The translations under genes were made by a program, and so were the position numbers. A stretch of 63,640 nucleotides of DNA from positions 1 to 63,640 of the forward strand of contig JBGUKN010000053.1 in assembly GCA_045114455.1 (NCBI GenBank), read 5' to 3'. This DNA comes from Victivallales bacterium (GTDB lineage Bacteria > Verrucomicrobiota > Lentisphaeria > Victivallales > UBA1829). Below the pieces are notes generated by a model that saw only the letters and a list, made by a program, of their open reading frames with translations, did no database searches and was not told the DNA's origin. Below are positions 31,116 to 40,485 of the stretch, piece after piece (the first letter of the stretch is position 1; each line of letters opens with the position of its first letter).

Positions 31116-32234
31116 ATGATGCAAGCGATCAAAAACATCTTTCAGCTCGGGAAGAAGGAAATCCTCAGCCTCTGCCGCGACGGGCTCCTCATGGCGCTGA
31201 TCGTCTACTCCTTCTCCGCCGCGATCATCGTCGCCTCCAACGCCTCGACGGATTTCGCCGACGCCGCCATCGCGGTCGTCGACGAGGACCAGTCCCAGCT
31301 CTCGCAGCGCCTGACCGACGCGTTCCAGCCCCCGCTCTTCCTCCCCGTCGATATCATCCAGCGCAACGACATCGACCGCACGATGGACGAGGGCAGATAC
31401 ACGTTCGTCGTCGTCTTCCCCGTCGATCTCGAAAAGGACGTGATGGCGAACATGTGCCCGGAAGTCCAGGTCAACGTCGACGCCACGCGCATGTCGCAGG
31501 CGTTCACCGGCGCCGGATATATCCAGCAGATCCTGGCCACCGAGGTGCAGAAATTCGTGAAGGACAATTCGGGCGACTCCTCCGCCTCCCCCGCGAACAT
31601 CGTCATCCGCAACCGCTACAACGCGAACCTCTACGGCTCCTGGTTCAATGCGCTGATGCAGCTCGCGAACAACATCGCCATGCTCGCCATCATCCTCACG
31701 GGCTCGGCGCTCATCACGGAACGCGAGAAAGGCACGCTGGAGCACCTGCTCGTGATGCCCGTCACGCCGTTCCAGATCATGGCGTCGAAGATCTGGTCCA
31801 TGATGGCCGTCGTCATGGCCGCCGCACTCGCCGGACTCTTCCTGGTCGTCAGGTTCTACCTCAAGGTCCCGCTCGCGGGCTCCTACACGCTCTTCGCGGC
31901 CGGAATGGCGCTCTATCTCTTCGCGCTGACATCACTCGGCATCTTCCTGGCGTGCATGTCGCAGAACATGCCCCAGCTCGGACTCCTGATCATCCTCGTC
32001 CTGATGCCGCTGGAAATGCTCTCCGGCAGTTCCACGCCGCAGGAGAGCATGCCGGTCTGGGTGCAGAGGGTCATGCAGTTCGCGCCGACGACCCACTTCG
32101 TGAACATCACGCAGGGCATCCTGTTCCGCGGCGCGGGACTCAGGGCCATGTGGCCCACGTTCCTGAAGCTCTTCCTCATCGGCGCGACCCTTTTCGTGCT
32201 CTCGCTGAGACGCTTCCGCAAGTCCGTCGCATGA
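31116..32234 (+). CDS. ABC-2 type permease (YhhJ-like)
   Basis: LGKKE, VVDEDQSQLS, EREKGTLEHLLVMP, LSGSSTPQESMP. Confidence 0.88.
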   Translation: MMQAIKNIFQLGKKEILSLCRDGLLMALIVYSFSAAIIVASNASTDFADAAIAVVDEDQSQLSQRLTDAFQPPLFLPVDIIQRNDIDRTMDEGRYTFVVVFPVDLEKDVMANMCPEVQVNVDATRMSQAFTGAGYIQQILATEVQKFVKDNSGDSSASPANIVIRNRYNANLYGSWFNALMQLANNIAMLAIILTGSALITEREKGTLEHLLVMPVTPFQIMASKIWSMMAVVMAAALAGLFLVVRFYLKVPLAGSYTLFAAGMALYLFALTSLGIFLACMSQNMPQLGLLIILVLMPLEMLSGSSTPQESMPVWVQRVMQFAPTTHFVNITQGILFRGAGLRAMWPTFLKLFLIGATLFVLSLRRFRKSVA

Positions 32235-32260
32235 CGGATCCGACCGGAACGATACAAAAG

Positions 32261-32294
32261 AATCCCCGCTTTCTTCGGAAGGCGGGGATTTTTT
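32261..32294 (+). terminator. Intrinsic terminator of the yhiI-rbbA-yhhJ-like operon
   Basis: AATCCCCGCTTTC-TTCG-GAAGGCGGGGATT followed by T tract. Confidence 0.8.
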
Positions 32295-32386
32295 CTCTCC
32301 AGTGCGGGAGATTCTTTTTCGCCGTGCCCGGCGGAGGACTGACGCAAGGAACCTGCGCCGGCTTGTGACGCGGCGCGATATGCCGC

Positions 32387-32545
32387 TCAGGCGTTCTTGA
32401 ACATGGAAATGGCGATCAGGAGCAGAATCGCGATCAGCAGGAAAAGTCCACCGACGACATATTTTTTCCCGTTCTTCGGCTCATTTCCCGAATCCCGGGC
32501 GGATGCCTTGTCCGCGGCGTTCATTTTGTTTTTTTCGTCGTTCAA
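32387..32545 (-). CDS. Small 52-aa C-terminally anchored membrane protein (not in ORF track)
   Basis: TTG start after GGGAG; MNDEKNKMNAADKASARDSGNEPKNGKKYVVGGLFLLIAILLLIAISMFKNA. Confidence 0.6.
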   Translation of the reverse strand: MNDEKNKMNAADKASARDSGNEPKNGKKYVVGGLFLLIAILLLIAISMFKNA

Positions 32546-32762
32546 TTGGCTGCTCCCTGCATGAAAACAAATAGCCGGCCGAATACGGCAGACCCGGGGC
32601 GCCTGCCCCCCGAACCGGGCATGATCTCTCTCCGGCTGTTTATGAAAAACCTACAATATTCTATTATATATATCCGGTTTCGGAGTAAAAACTAACACGA
32701 TCGTTCCACTTTTTTCGACTTTTTTTTCGCCGACCACTTTTTGTATGCAGGGGACGATCGTG

Positions 32763-35057
32763 TCATTTCCCGGCGGAAACCACGGTCAGAGTCAGCCTGT
32801 CTCCGGTCAGGTCCAGCCTGTAGCCGGAATCTCCGACGTTCACGGTCCGGCCGATGGCAAGCGCAACGGAGGGCCCGCCGGACGCATTCTGAAGCGTGAT
32901 CGTTCCGTTGAATCCCTCCGCGCCTTCCGCAAGCAGGTACGTGCCGTTCACGGCATTGCCCGCATTGATGCAGAACTCTCCGCCGGTGAGGTTGGAAAGG
33001 TTTTTGACATATGCAGGAGCGTTTGTCCTGTCTCCGAGCCGGAATGTCAGCTTCTTGAACTTGTACGGACCGTCGACGCGCAGCTGTCCGCCGGAAACCG
33101 TGATCCCGCCGTCGAAATCGCCGCCCCGTGCGTACTTGAACACCAGGACGCCGTCCTCCACGATCCAGGGCTCGTCGTAATCGGACACCGGGGCATCGAT
33201 CCTCATGACGCCGCCGCCGGTCTTGCGGATTGACATGTCCTTCCTGTGACGATCCGGACCGGATTTCTCTTCATACAGGGAACAGAAGGAGTCGCATCCG
33301 CTGCCGTCTCCGATGTTCAGCGTGCCGTTGATCCTGAATTCGACGGCGGCTTTCCCGTCCGTTCCGTTCAGCGCGATGAACCCGCCGAACCCGGAAACGT
33401 TTCCGAAGTCGGTGATCGTCTTTCCCTCCGTCACTTCATAGACCAGACTGCTTCTGTTGACATTGATTGCGCCGCCCATCCAATGGTAATGGGAGTTGCT
33501 CTGCGTGTTGTTGAACAGGAAGATCGTGTCGGAAATGAGGGCGGAGCTGTGGTTCAGGTCGACCGCGCCGCCAAATCCCACGCAGTAGTTTTCCTCGAAA
33601 CGGGCATTTCTGACCGTGAGCACGGCGTCTTTCACGCTGATCGCGCCGCCTGCGCTGAAGGCGGCATTGCGCCGGAACTTCGTGCCGTCCACGGTCAGGG
33701 ACCCGTTGGTCAGACGGAACGCGCCGCCCACGCCACCGAATCCGTGATCCATGTTATCGGCATAGGAACCGCCTTTGACCGTGAAGCTGCCGCCGTTCGC
33801 GCACAGGACCGCGCCGCCGCCCTCCCATCCTTCCGGTGTGGAGACTGTCCGCTCGGAAAAGTTGAGATGGTCAAGTATGATGTTTGCCGGGCTTCCGGTC
33901 GCCTTGTTGGTCGGCTCGAACCGCATGTCGCGCGTGATCAGGGACGGGTTGTCCAGCTTGATCTCGTTCCCGTCGGGCATATCGAACGAGATCGTCCGGA
34001 TGCCGCCGAGGTCGCGGGCGCGGTCGAGCGCCTCCCGCAAACTGTTTGCATGGTCGTTCGCATCCACGACGTCCCGCGCCGTCGTGACGACGAGCGGGTC
34101 GTCCTCCGCCTTGGAGGCGGGGTGGAAGACGGAGTAGAAGACGGTATTCGCGAGGAAAGTCACGCCCGGAACAAGAACCAGGAGAAGGAGCAGGATCCAG
34201 GCATATTTTTTAAGAAAGCCCCGTCCCCGTGCCGGAAACCGCCGATGCAGACGCGACCGGGCTTCCCCGACGGCCGTGATGAATTCCTCCGCGCTTTTGA
34301 ACCGTCCGTTCGGCGCGCCGCTGCATGCCTTCATGTAGAGCGGGAGCATGACTCCGATCTCCTGCAGCGGAATATCCCGCGGGACGGACGGAAACATCGC
34401 GGCATCCGTTCCGGACCAGGCGCAGAAAACGATCTTTCCGACCGCGTAAAGATCGCATGCCTTCGGATCGTAGCTGCCCGGATTCCCGATCATTTCGGGC
34501 GGGACGAAGCCGACTGTCCCGAATGGCGCCCCGGCAGGCCGGTTCAGGGCGTCGGAAAGCAGAGAGTAGTCGGTCAGCTTCGGTTCCCCGTCGAGGAAGA
34601 CGATGTTTTCCGGCTTGATGTCGCAATGGGCGAGTCCGGTTTCGTGAAGGTCCCGGATCGTTTTCAGAATCTTTTCCGCGATATCCAGGACCTCCTCCGG
34701 CGGGATCCTGCCGTTCCTTCCGATTCGTGCCGCGAGCGTGTCCGGTTCGTAATCCGGCCATTGGGCCAGGTTGTCCGCCGGCGGCATGACGCACCAGATA
34801 CGTCCGTCGGAAAGCCTTCCCTCCTTCAGGATGGGGACCAGTCCGGGAATGTGCGAGGAGACCGCGCGGCATTTTTCAATCCCGGCAAGTTCCCTTTCAT
34901 TGTCCGCCTTCTGAATGACTTTCAGGACTTTGTTCTGTTCGACGTCCTCCCGGACAAGGTACAGGTCGCCGTGACCGCCGCGGACGATCGGGGTAATGAT
35001 CGTCATGTCGTCCAGCCGATCGCCCTGATGAAAATCAAACGGGATCAGAAAGCTCAT
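32763..35057 (-). CDS. Membrane Ser/Thr protein kinase with adhesin/autotransporter-passenger-like extracytoplasmic domain
   Basis: RGGHGDLY, VLKVI, HCDIKPEN, DYS, GTVGFVPPE, CDLYAVG; TM; SLREAL, repeated GGA(I/V/F) + FxxN, KTGGG strand. Confidence 0.82.
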   Translation of the reverse strand: MSFLIPFDFHQGDRLDDMTIITPIVRGGHGDLYLVREDVEQNKVLKVIQKADNERELAGIEKCRAVSSHIPGLVPILKEGRLSDGRIWCVMPPADNLAQWPDYEPDTLAARIGRNGRIPPEEVLDIAEKILKTIRDLHETGLAHCDIKPENIVFLDGEPKLTDYSLLSDALNRPAGAPFGTVGFVPPEMIGNPGSYDPKACDLYAVGKIVFCAWSGTDAAMFPSVPRDIPLQEIGVMLPLYMKACSGAPNGRFKSAEEFITAVGEARSRLHRRFPARGRGFLKKYAWILLLLLVLVPGVTFLANTVFYSVFHPASKAEDDPLVVTTARDVVDANDHANSLREALDRARDLGGIRTISFDMPDGNEIKLDNPSLITRDMRFEPTNKATGSPANIILDHLNFSERTVSTPEGWEGGGAVLCANGGSFTVKGGSYADNMDHGFGGVGGAFRLTNGSLTVDGTKFRRNAAFSAGGAISVKDAVLTVRNARFEENYCVGFGGAVDLNHSSALISDTIFLFNNTQSNSHYHWMGGAINVNRSSLVYEVTEGKTITDFGNVSGFGGFIALNGTDGKAAVEFRINGTLNIGDGSGCDSFCSLYEEKSGPDRHRKDMSIRKTGGGVMRIDAPVSDYDEPWIVEDGVLVFKYARGGDFDGGITVSGGQLRVDGPYKFKKLTFRLGDRTNAPAYVKNLSNLTGGEFCINAGNAVNGTYLLAEGAEGFNGTITLQNASGGPSVALAIGRTVNVGDSGYRLDLTGDRLTLTVVSAGK

Positions 35058-35698
35058 AACGGCAGATCCGGGTTGAAATCGGGATTGTCAACGCGGATTT
35101 CGGAAACGATCTTCCGAAGGGTCTTCCGGCACCGGGAGCAATAGACGTCGATCACGGAACGGCTGATCCCGAGATGCGTGGCGACTTCTTTGGGCGGACG
35201 TTCCTGAAGGACGACCATTTCGAAAATCGCAAAAGTCTTCGGTTCGACGTTGTTCCGGAGTTCATCGATCGCGGCGGAAAGAAGACAGTTCCGGTATTCT
35301 TCGTCGAATATTTTCCGGAACGGGTCGTTTCCTTCCTCACTTTCCGGGCAAAAAAGTGCCTCGTCCGGTTTTCCGGCATGGCCGGGACCGGATTCGTTCT
35401 CCCTGGAACATGCGGAAATGCGGGCAGGATCCTGAAGCATTTTCGCCGCCTTGTTCCGGACGAGCGTCCCGAAAAACGTTCTGAACTTCCCTCTCGAGGC
35501 GTCGTAGCGCAGAAGAACTTCCCCCTTGAACAGATCGAGCATGATCTCCTGCATGAGGTCCCTGCAGTCGTCCGGAGTCAGGCCCAGTTTCTGTCCGATG
35601 CAGAGGACCAGTCCCCAGTAAATGCGGTAGAACTCCTCCCAGGAGATCTCATCGCAATTCTGCATTCGTTTCAACAGCGTTTTCTTTGTCGTGTACAT
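35054..35698 (-). CDS. ECF RNA polymerase sigma factor (PVC type)
   Basis: TKKTLLKRM..SWEEFYRIY..DLMQEI..YDASRGKFRTF; sigma4 HTH PKEVATHLGISRSVI; ATGA overlap with the kinase. Confidence 0.88.
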   Translation of the reverse strand: MYTTKKTLLKRMQNCDEISWEEFYRIYWGLVLCIGQKLGLTPDDCRDLMQEIMLDLFKGEVLLRYDASRGKFRTFFGTLVRNKAAKMLQDPARISACSRENESGPGHAGKPDEALFCPESEEGNDPFRKIFDEEYRNCLLSAAIDELRNNVEPKTFAIFEMVVLQERPPKEVATHLGISRSVIDVYCSRCRKTLRKIVSEIRVDNPDFNPDLPL

Positions 35699-35927
35699 GA
35701 GGGCGGGTCCGGGGCGTTGGCGTGTTCGGGAAGATTCAACGGAACGATTTGAAGATGGCGACTGCGGCGAGGGCGAGGCACGCGACAATCGCAGCCGTGC
35801 AAAGCAGGTTCCAGATGTTTTCCGGGATTTTCGTCTTGAGTTTCATATCGGATCCTAGATGATATCCGGAATGGATGCAGCAGTCTGGGGGAAGAAGACT
35901 TGCCGGAAAGGTGCCATGCCGGACGAT

Positions 35928-37061
35928 TTAACCATTTATCGCATTGTCGATTTTTTTAGAACTGTTTGTCAACCAGGAAGCATTGAGCAGAGGTTTCAAT
36001 GCTGTTGTTCCGAAATTGTCGGCGATCCATGCTGTGATGAACACAGAAAGGATACTCCCGATTTCAAGAATTACAAACCAGGGGGAATCAACCCATTTCT
36101 CTGTATGAAACACACTCCACATGACCGGGATGAAAACAGGTATCTGGTGAAGGATATAGATGCCGAGGATGTTCTTGGAAATACGGTTTATGGCATTTGA
36201 AAAAGTCCGAGAGGCGATTTTGACGTGCTGAAAAAAGAAGAAGGCCGCAACGGCGAAACAGAAACAGAAAACAGAGGCCAAATCCATGAACAGGAAATTC
36301 AGAAAGTCATGGTATTTCCTTGTCACAAAGCCCTGGGTACAGTATTTTTGCAGCAGGAAGTCCGCAAGACACAGTCCCGCACAAAGAACTATCATCCCGG
36401 CGAGACATCCGGCACTCCGTTTTTTCTGTCTAATCCACAGGTCGGGATTCTTTTTCCAGTATCCGACCAGCAAATACAAGGCAGCCAGCCATGACATGTC
36501 GGACTTCACCACATAGTATTTGTAGACACCAAAACCGGGCAAGGCATTTTCCACAGTCGGGACGACGACGAACACGATGATCAGCATCCAGTATAAAAAC
36601 GTGTATTTTCGATGGTCGAGAGCATGAATCAGCGTATTCAGAGCCGGAATCAGAAGTAAAAGAAAGATGTAGTCCGTAATAAACCAGAGCGGGCTTGACG
36701 AAAATGGCGTCAGGGCACGGAGCAGATTCTTTGCAGCAACATCTTTGGGTACGTTCCCGAACAGAACGACCAAGGCGGTGATGACGACAGTATAACAGAA
36801 GCAAGGCAGGTACAAACGAATCAAACGCATACTCCTGAATGGCAGGTCAATCAGAAACCATGCTCCGATCAGAACAAATACATTAACACCAGTCCTGCCG
36901 AAACTGCCTAAAAACATCGCAACAAAATGGTTGACAGAAGAAATCGGCGCCATGCAAATGGCCGTCTGCGTATAGAAATGATACGCGATTATGGCCAGCA
37001 TAGCAAGGATTCGCAAAAGCTCCAAACTGGAATCCCTTTGTGGTCGGATATTTGTTTCCAT
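35928..37061 (-). CDS. Acyltransferase family 3 membrane O-acyltransferase (lower GC)
   Basis: RDSSLELLRILAMLAIIAYH, GVNVFVLIG, WFITDY, GIYILHQ; about 10 TM. Confidence 0.85.
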   Translation of the reverse strand: METNIRPQRDSSLELLRILAMLAIIAYHFYTQTAICMAPISSVNHFVAMFLGSFGRTGVNVFVLIGAWFLIDLPFRSMRLIRLYLPCFCYTVVITALVVLFGNVPKDVAAKNLLRALTPFSSSPLWFITDYIFLLLLIPALNTLIHALDHRKYTFLYWMLIIVFVVVPTVENALPGFGVYKYYVVKSDMSWLAALYLLVGYWKKNPDLWIRQKKRSAGCLAGMIVLCAGLCLADFLLQKYCTQGFVTRKYHDFLNFLFMDLASVFCFCFAVAAFFFFQHVKIASRTFSNAINRISKNILGIYILHQIPVFIPVMWSVFHTEKWVDSPWFVILEIGSILSVFITAWIADNFGTTALKPLLNASWLTNSSKKIDNAING

Positions 37062-37218
37062 TGTTCTCCTCTGCTCTTCTGTTGATAGAAAATGTCGGAA
37101 ATACTCTCCCGCTTCGGCAGTTCCGATACCGCGGAAAGAATGATGCAGGGGATATCCGTTTCCTCAATTATGCATCATATGTCAATGAATGCTTTCCCGG
37201 CATCAAAAAATGGACATG

Positions 37219-38400
37219 TCAGTACACGATCTCTTCCCAGGGAAGGCCGTACTCGTTGAGCTTCTGCATGAAGGGGGCGGGATCGAATTCCTCCATGTTG
37301 AAGACGCCGGGGCCCTTCCATGTGCCGGTGGCAAGCATCATGGCGCCGATCATGGCGGGGACACCGGTCGTGTAGGAAACGGCCTGCGCGCCGGTCTCGC
37401 GGAAGGATTCCTCGTGGTCGCAGACGTTGTACACGAAGCGCTTGACGGGCTTGCCGTCCTTGGACCCCTGCAGGAGGCAGCCGATGCAGGTCTTGCCCTT
37501 GGTGAGCGGCCCGAGAGAGGCAGGATCGGGGAGGAGCGCCTTCAGGAACTGGAGCGGAATGATCTCGTGTCCCTCGTACATGACCGGGTCGATGCGGGTC
37601 ATGCCGACGTCCTGGAGGACTTCGAGGTGCTTGATGTAGTTGTCGGAGAAGGTCATCCAGAAGCGGGCTTCCTTGAGGCCGTACGGCTTCAGGTAAGGGG
37701 CGAGGGATTCGAGCTCCTCGTGCCAGAGCAGATAGATCTTCTTCGGGCCGATTCCGGCGGGGAAATCGAACATCTTGGAGAACTCGAGCGGCTCGGTCTC
37801 GATGAACCGGCCGTCCTTGTAGTATTTGCCCTTCGCGGTGACTTCGCGGATGTTGATCTCCGGGTTGAAGTTCGTGGCAAACGCCTGGCCGTTGTCGCCC
37901 GCGTTGCAGTCGATGATGTCGAGCGTGTCGATCACGTCGAAATACTGTTTTTCCCACGCGGTGTAGACGTTGGAGACGCCGGGGTCGAATCCGCTGCCGA
38001 GCAGGGCGGTGATGCCCTTCTCGCGGAAGCGGTCGCGGTACGCCCACTGCCAGCTGTATTCGAAGTGCGCGACGTCCGGCGGCTCGTAGTTCGCGGCGTC
38101 GACGTAGTCCACTCCGGTCTCGAGGCAGGCGTCCATGATGTGGAGGTCCTGATACGGCAGCGCGAGGTTCAGGACCACGTCGGGACGGAACGATTTGATG
38201 AGCTCGACGAGCTGCGGGACGTTGTCTGCGTCGACCTGCGCGGTCTGAACGGGACGCTTCAGTGCGGCGGCGAGCTTCTTGCATCTGGATTCCGTGCGGC
38301 TGGCGATCATGATGTCGGTGAAGACGTCCGACGCCTGGACGCATTTGTGCGCGGCGACGGTCGCGACGCCGCCCGCTCCGATGATCAGGACTCTTGACAT
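37219..38400 (-). CDS. Carboxy(nor)spermidine dehydrogenase (saccharopine dehydrogenase family)
   Basis: IIGAGGV, NLALPYQDL, FEYSWQW, GSGFDPG, FATNFNPEINIRE, QAVSYTTGVP; adjacent to speA. Confidence 0.88.
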   Translation of the reverse strand: MSRVLIIGAGGVATVAAHKCVQASDVFTDIMIASRTESRCKKLAAALKRPVQTAQVDADNVPQLVELIKSFRPDVVLNLALPYQDLHIMDACLETGVDYVDAANYEPPDVAHFEYSWQWAYRDRFREKGITALLGSGFDPGVSNVYTAWEKQYFDVIDTLDIIDCNAGDNGQAFATNFNPEINIREVTAKGKYYKDGRFIETEPLEFSKMFDFPAGIGPKKIYLLWHEELESLAPYLKPYGLKEARFWMTFSDNYIKHLEVLQDVGMTRIDPVMYEGHEIIPLQFLKALLPDPASLGPLTKGKTCIGCLLQGSKDGKPVKRFVYNVCDHEESFRETGAQAVSYTTGVPAMIGAMMLATGTWKGPGVFNMEEFDPAPFMQKLNEYGLPWEEIVY

Positions 38401-38427
38401 AGTGTGGGTCTCCTTGGGTGAAGTGTC

Positions 38428-40350
38428 TTATCGTTCAAAATAGGTGTATCCGCGAATGCCGTCCTCGAACGCGTTCGTGATGGTCTTTCGCTGGGCGGGA
38501 GTGATCATTTTCTTGCGGACGGCGCGTTCGGCGACGCTGCGGAAGAAGGTGATGAGCTCCTTGGCGTCGTATTCGACGTAGGACAGGACGTCGCCGACGG
38601 AGTCGCCCTCGATCTCCTTGTCGATGTCGAAATGTCCGTCCGGGGAGATGGTGATGCTGACGACGTTGGTGTCTCCGAGCAGGTTGTGGAGGTCGCCGAG
38701 CGTTTCCTGATAGGCTCCGACCAGGAAAACGCCGAGGTAGTACTCCTCGTCGGGCTTGAGTTCGTGGAGCGGGAGCGTGTGGAGCTCGTCGTGCAGGTCC
38801 ACGAATTTGTCCACCTTGCCGTCGCAGTCGCAGGTGATGTCGGACAGGATGCCGCTGCGCGTGGGGCGTTCGTTGAGGCGGTGGATGGGGACGATGGGGA
38901 AGACCTGGTGGATGGCCCAGGAGTCGGGGAGCGACTGGAAGACGCTGAAGTTGGCGTAGTAGATGTCGGCGAGCTGGGCGTCGAGGTCCTCGAATTCGTC
39001 CGGGACGTAGGAAAGCTTCTGCACTTCCTTGTTCGCCACGGCCATGATGTGCCAGAATGCGGATTCCACGAGGGCGCGTTCGCGAAGCGGGATGCGGCCG
39101 TTCTTGAAGAGCAGCCGCAGTTCGTCGCGGTTGTATATGGCGTCGTGGAAGAACTCCTGCAGGTTCTTCTGGTTGATGTTGGACAGGATGTGCATCAGGT
39201 CCTTCGTGAGGTCGTGCGCGTTCTCCGGGATCTTGTCCGGGATCGTGACCGGATCGAAGCGGGCGACGTCGAGGATGTTGAAGAGCAGGATGGAGGAATA
39301 CGCGACGGTGGCGCGGCCGGACTCGGTGATGATGTCGGGATGCGGGACGTTCGCCTCGGTGAGGAGTTCGCCGACCGTCTCGATGATGTCCACGCAGTAT
39401 TCGTCGATGGTGTAGTTGCGGCTGTGCTGGTAGTTGGTGTGGGAGCCGTCGTAGTCGACGGCGAGGCCGCCGCCGAGGTCGAGATAGCCCATCGGCGCGC
39501 CTTCCTGCACGAGGCCGATGTAGACGCGGCTGGCCTCCTGCACGCCGGAACGGATGTCGCGGATGTTCGGGATCTGGGATCCGATGTGGTAATGGAGGAG
39601 GCGGAGGCAGTCGAGCATTTCCTCTTCCTTCAGGTGGTCGACGAGCTCCATGAGCTGGGCGGTGTTCAGCCCGAAGACGCTGCGGTCGCCGCCGGATTCG
39701 GTCCACTTGCCGCCGGCGCGCGTGGAAAGCTTCATGCGGACGCCGATCATGGGCTTGACCTTGAGCATGCGGCTGCGCTCGATGATCACGTCGAGTTCGC
39801 TGGGCATCTCGATGACGAGGATGCACCGGTATCCGAGCATGGAAGCGAACAGAGCGAGGTCGACGAACTCCTCGTCTTTGTATCCGTTGCAGACCACGCA
39901 CGCATCCGGGTCGTGGAGCGTGCCGAGCGCGGCGATCAGCTCGGCTTTGCTGCCGGCTTCAAGGCCGTGGTGGAACTCCCTGCCGTAGCGGGAAATGTCC
40001 TGCACGACCTGCTGCTGCTGATTGACCTTGATCGGGAAAACGCCCTTGTACTGCCCCTGGTATTTCGTCTGTTCGATGGCCTTGCGGAAGCTGGCGTGGA
40101 GCTGGTTGATGCGCGATTCCAGGATATTGCTGACGCGGATCAGAACGGGCATGTTCATGCCGCGTTCCTGGATGCCGTGCACGATGTCGGGCAGGCTGAC
40201 CGCCGGGGCGTCCTTGCCCGGATTCGGCGAAATCGTGAGCTCGCCCTTGTCATTGACGTGGAAGTAACCCGCTCCCCAGTCGTTGATGCCGTAGAGCGTG
40301 GCGGAATCCTCCGCCGACCAGTGTTCGAATTTGTCTTTCTTGACGTTCAT
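38428..40350 (-). CDS. speA: Biosynthetic arginine decarboxylase
   Basis: FPIKVNQ, GLEAGSKAEL, CNGYKD, HYHIGSQ, DLGGGL, ESGRA, SLPDSWA, DITCDCDG, GAYQE. Confidence 0.95.
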   Translation of the reverse strand: MNVKKDKFEHWSAEDSATLYGINDWGAGYFHVNDKGELTISPNPGKDAPAVSLPDIVHGIQERGMNMPVLIRVSNILESRINQLHASFRKAIEQTKYQGQYKGVFPIKVNQQQQVVQDISRYGREFHHGLEAGSKAELIAALGTLHDPDACVVCNGYKDEEFVDLALFASMLGYRCILVIEMPSELDVIIERSRMLKVKPMIGVRMKLSTRAGGKWTESGGDRSVFGLNTAQLMELVDHLKEEEMLDCLRLLHYHIGSQIPNIRDIRSGVQEASRVYIGLVQEGAPMGYLDLGGGLAVDYDGSHTNYQHSRNYTIDEYCVDIIETVGELLTEANVPHPDIITESGRATVAYSSILLFNILDVARFDPVTIPDKIPENAHDLTKDLMHILSNINQKNLQEFFHDAIYNRDELRLLFKNGRIPLRERALVESAFWHIMAVANKEVQKLSYVPDEFEDLDAQLADIYYANFSVFQSLPDSWAIHQVFPIVPIHRLNERPTRSGILSDITCDCDGKVDKFVDLHDELHTLPLHELKPDEEYYLGVFLVGAYQETLGDLHNLLGDTNVVSITISPDGHFDIDKEIEGDSVGDVLSYVEYDAKELITFFRSVAERAVRKKMITPAQRKTITNAFEDGIRGYTYFER

Positions 40351-40485
40351 TTCCGCACCCTCGGAAAACCCGGCCGGGCAGGCCGGAAACATGTGGTTGG
40401 TTGTCTGTCGCGCGGGCATCCGTATTTCCGTGTTTGCTATTCGCGGACACCTCACGCGCGGGGTTGTCCGGCGCTCTGCGGCGCC

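Noticed and set aside
27149-32234. HlyD-RbbA-YhhJ operon as a novel system
   Set aside because: Well-known conserved three-gene ABC module; nothing atypical beyond lacking an adjacent outer-membrane factor.
40351-40485. Possible riboswitch/leader upstream of speA
   Set aside because: GC-rich but no aptamer consensus I can recognise; an Rfam scan would be needed.
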